Assembly (NCBI GenBank): GCA_964634105.1
Contig: CAZWIU010000010.1
Location: 1-24,000 of the forward strand
Direction: 5' to 3'
DNA from: an uncultured Bacteroidales bacterium
GTDB lineage: Bacteria; Bacteroidota; Bacteroidia; Bacteroidales; UBA10428
Length of the DNA stretch: 24,000 bases
Shown here: positions 22,601-24,000 of the stretch, piece after piece
How positions within the stretch are numbered: position 1 is the first letter of the stretch
Layout: every line of letters begins with the position of its first letter
Made by a program: the position numbers and the translations under genes
The notes under the pieces: model-generated
What the model was told of the DNA's origin: nothing
Seen by the model: the letters and a program-made list of their open reading frames with translations, nothing else
The model's database searches: none

Positions 22601-23080
22601 ATGAAAGCTTTTTTCATTCAATATATAGTGAGCTTCTTTTCAAAGAAAGCGGTCAAACCGGCCCAGGCGAAGTTTTTCTATGTTGTGATCCTGTTTTCAT
22701 TATCCTGGCTAACTGTTTCCCAGGAGACAACTAAGAACAGGGTGGACCGTATCGGAAAAAAAGTTGAGAGGATCCCGGGTATAGTTCGCGAAAATAATCA
22801 GGCCCTGGCCATCGAATTATATACCGATGCTCAGCTTTATGCAGGGAATATAATTGGGGCTATTACCAGGGCGAATGAAGATGTATTGAATGAAATTGAC
22901 ATTACTGAGCGGCGCCGGAATCAGCTGATCGAACAAATGAATGCACGTTTTGACGGCCTGGTAAATGAGGTCGAACGGTTAAAAGAAATGCAGAAGATCA
23001 ACCAGGGATACGAGATCAAGAGCAGGAAAATAGGACAATTCAATAAAAACGGACATGAAATTTTCATTGTGGAGAAATAG
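22601..23080 (+). CDS. N-terminally membrane-anchored coiled-coil protein (i-spanin-like topology, unproven)
   Basis: FFYVVILFSLSWLTV hydrophobic segment, then a long helical region (RRRNQLIEQMNARFDGLVNEVERLKEMQKINQ). Adjacent to endolysin and holin candidates. Confidence 0.65.
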   Translation: MKAFFIQYIVSFFSKKAVKPAQAKFFYVVILFSLSWLTVSQETTKNRVDRIGKKVERIPGIVRENNQALAIELYTDAQLYAGNIIGAITRANEDVLNEIDITERRRNQLIEQMNARFDGLVNEVERLKEMQKINQGYEIKSRKIGQFNKNGHEIFIVEK

Positions 23081-23369
23081 AGGGATCCCCGAAGATCTTC
23101 TCATTAAAAAGTTCGATGAACTTCAGGATAAGATAATAAAAGAACTTACTGAAGTAGTAGCTTACTACAAGGCATTTATTACCCGTATGCCATGCGAAGC
23201 AAATCAAAAGCTATTAAACCAGCTTAATGAAAGGGTAAAAGCCCTGGAATACCAGGAATTAAATGAACGTGTGACAAATCTTGAAAAATTATGCAACCTC
23301 GAACAATCAGCGAAAACCTCTCGTACCGGGAAGTCACGCACTCAGACACGGCAGTCCGTGCAGGAATAG
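23055..23369 (+). CDS. Hypothetical coiled-coil protein
   Basis: 104-aa ORF (KFDELQDKIIKELTEVVAYYKAF...LNERVKALEYQELNERVTNLEKL). Its last 79 nt overlap the M15 peptidase gene. Confidence 0.55.
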   Translation: MKFSLWRNRGIPEDLLIKKFDELQDKIIKELTEVVAYYKAFITRMPCEANQKLLNQLNERVKALEYQELNERVTNLEKLCNLEQSAKTSRTGKSRTQTRQSVQE

Positions 23370-23773
23370 AAAATACGCCCAGCCAGGAACAACTTGATAA
23401 TATAATCCTGTGGGCCATTCATATATTTGAACCGTTACGCAAGGGGCTTGGGGATAGGCCGGTATTTATTTCCAATATGTTCCGGAGCAAAAAGCTAAAT
23501 GAGCTTATACCAGGATCGGCCAAAACAAGTCAGCACATGGAAGGAAAAGCGGCCGATATCGACAACGACAATAATCCGCAAGGCCCGACCAATGCTGAAA
23601 TCTTTAACTATATCCTGGAATACCTGGAATTCGACCAGCTGATATGGGAGTATGGAACTGTCGAAAATCCTGCCTGGGTTCATGTGAGCTATAACCATGG
23701 TAAAAACCGGCGCCAGGTATTACGTTGTTCACTTGTAGATGGTAAACGTTGTTATTATCCTTATGTCGCTTAA
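23291..23773 (+). CDS. Peptidase M15 (LAS zinc metallopeptidase, M15_3-type) endolysin
   Basis: LSYREVTHSDTAVRAGIENTP...IFEPLR...FRSKKLNELIPGSAKTSQHMEGKAADID...WVHVSY. Zinc ligands follow Hx6D (His 23534-23536, Asp 23555-23557) plus a distal His (23681-23683). Confidence 0.9.
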   Translation: MQPRTISENLSYREVTHSDTAVRAGIENTPSQEQLDNIILWAIHIFEPLRKGLGDRPVFISNMFRSKKLNELIPGSAKTSQHMEGKAADIDNDNNPQGPTNAEIFNYILEYLEFDQLIWEYGTVENPAWVHVSYNHGKNRRQVLRCSLVDGKRCYYPYVA

Positions 23774-24000
23774 ACTGCTTAAAAATATTACCGGCTCAGC
23801 TGATCAGTTAGTCGATTCGATAGGGGAGGCGTTCGATAAAAATTTCACTAACCAGGAGGAAAGGATCGAGGCTAAAGGGAAAATACTTAACCAGGTTACA
23901 GATCTGATCGGGAAGATCCAGGAATACCAGGCGCAAATTATTCAGGCTGAAGCCAGCGGAAATCGTTTACAGCGCAATTGGAGGCCCTTAGTAATGCTGG
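23763..24000 (+). CDS. Partial CDS (5' part): holin-like protein, 3TM-holin (GTA-type) N-terminal region
   Basis: Hand translation: MSLKLLKNITGSADQLVDSIGEAFDKNFTNQEERIEAKGKILNQVTDLIGKIQEYQAQIIQAEASGNRLQRNWRPLVML..., open to the window end. A hydrophilic helical N-terminus ending in NWRP before the first TM is typical of this holin family (from memory). Overlaps the endolysin stop. Confidence 0.5.
   Translation, partial: MSLKLLKNITGSADQLVDSIGEAFDKNFTNQEERIEAKGKILNQVTDLIGKIQEYQAQIIQAEASGNRLQRNWRPLVML

Larger units (their letters stand above)
807..24000. mobile_element. Phage / prophage-like gene block: leftward repressor operon, rightward early/replication/modification genes, virion block, lysis cassette. 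Element ends not visible.
   Basis: Gene content read from the ORF translations: XRE repressor, Toprim+SF3 primase-helicase, P22_AR_N-like antirepressor, Dam-like MTase, GH73 and M15 lysins, 3TM-holin-like N-terminus. Genes are tightly packed on one strand with many ATGA/TAATG stop-start overlaps. No integrase, terminase or portal recognised. Confidence 0.8.

Noticed and set aside
23291-23369. Programmed frameshift fusing the 104-aa coiled-coil ORF to the M15 peptidase
   Set aside because: No X_XXY_YYZ slippery heptamer or downstream structure in the overlap. The M15 domain has its own ATG at the expected distance from its conserved N-terminal motif.

Overview
The window reads as a phage or prophage-like element, probably from a Bacteroidota host. 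That host guess is an inference from the near absence of Shine-Dalgarno sequences and a TAnnTTTG -7 box at 3217-3224. Neither end of the element is visible.

Layout:
- 1-806: non-coding and unusually rich in stem-loops.
- 807-3115 (minus strand): an XRE/cI-type repressor followed by six small genes, including a GIY-YIG-like nuclease.
- 3116-3265: a divergent control region with repeated ATAGACT half-sites.
- 3266-12633 (plus strand): small early genes, a Toprim+SF3 primase-helicase, a Dam-like N6-adenine methyltransferase, a GT-A glycosyltransferase-like protein, a class I SAM methyltransferase, a P22_AR_N-type antirepressor and a GNGPS/DUF115-like Rossmann protein.
- 12634-13413: a 780-bp non-coding gap with 11 copies of an octamer (C/T)GTTAA(C/G)(A/G).
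- 13414-24000: a virion and lysis block.

The virion block is the unusual part. I recognise no terminase, portal, HK97-type capsid, tape measure or sheath. Many of its proteins carry hydrophobic segments, and three segments are strongly basic. Five consecutive proteins share ten G-I-G motifs, nine of them in the form [L/I/V]-x-G-I-G, placed at domain junctions. This looks like a set of maturation-protease sites, and a transglutaminase-like Cys-His-Asp domain sits at the N-terminus of the protein with six of them.

All functional calls rest on motif reading and memory of protein families. No searches were run.
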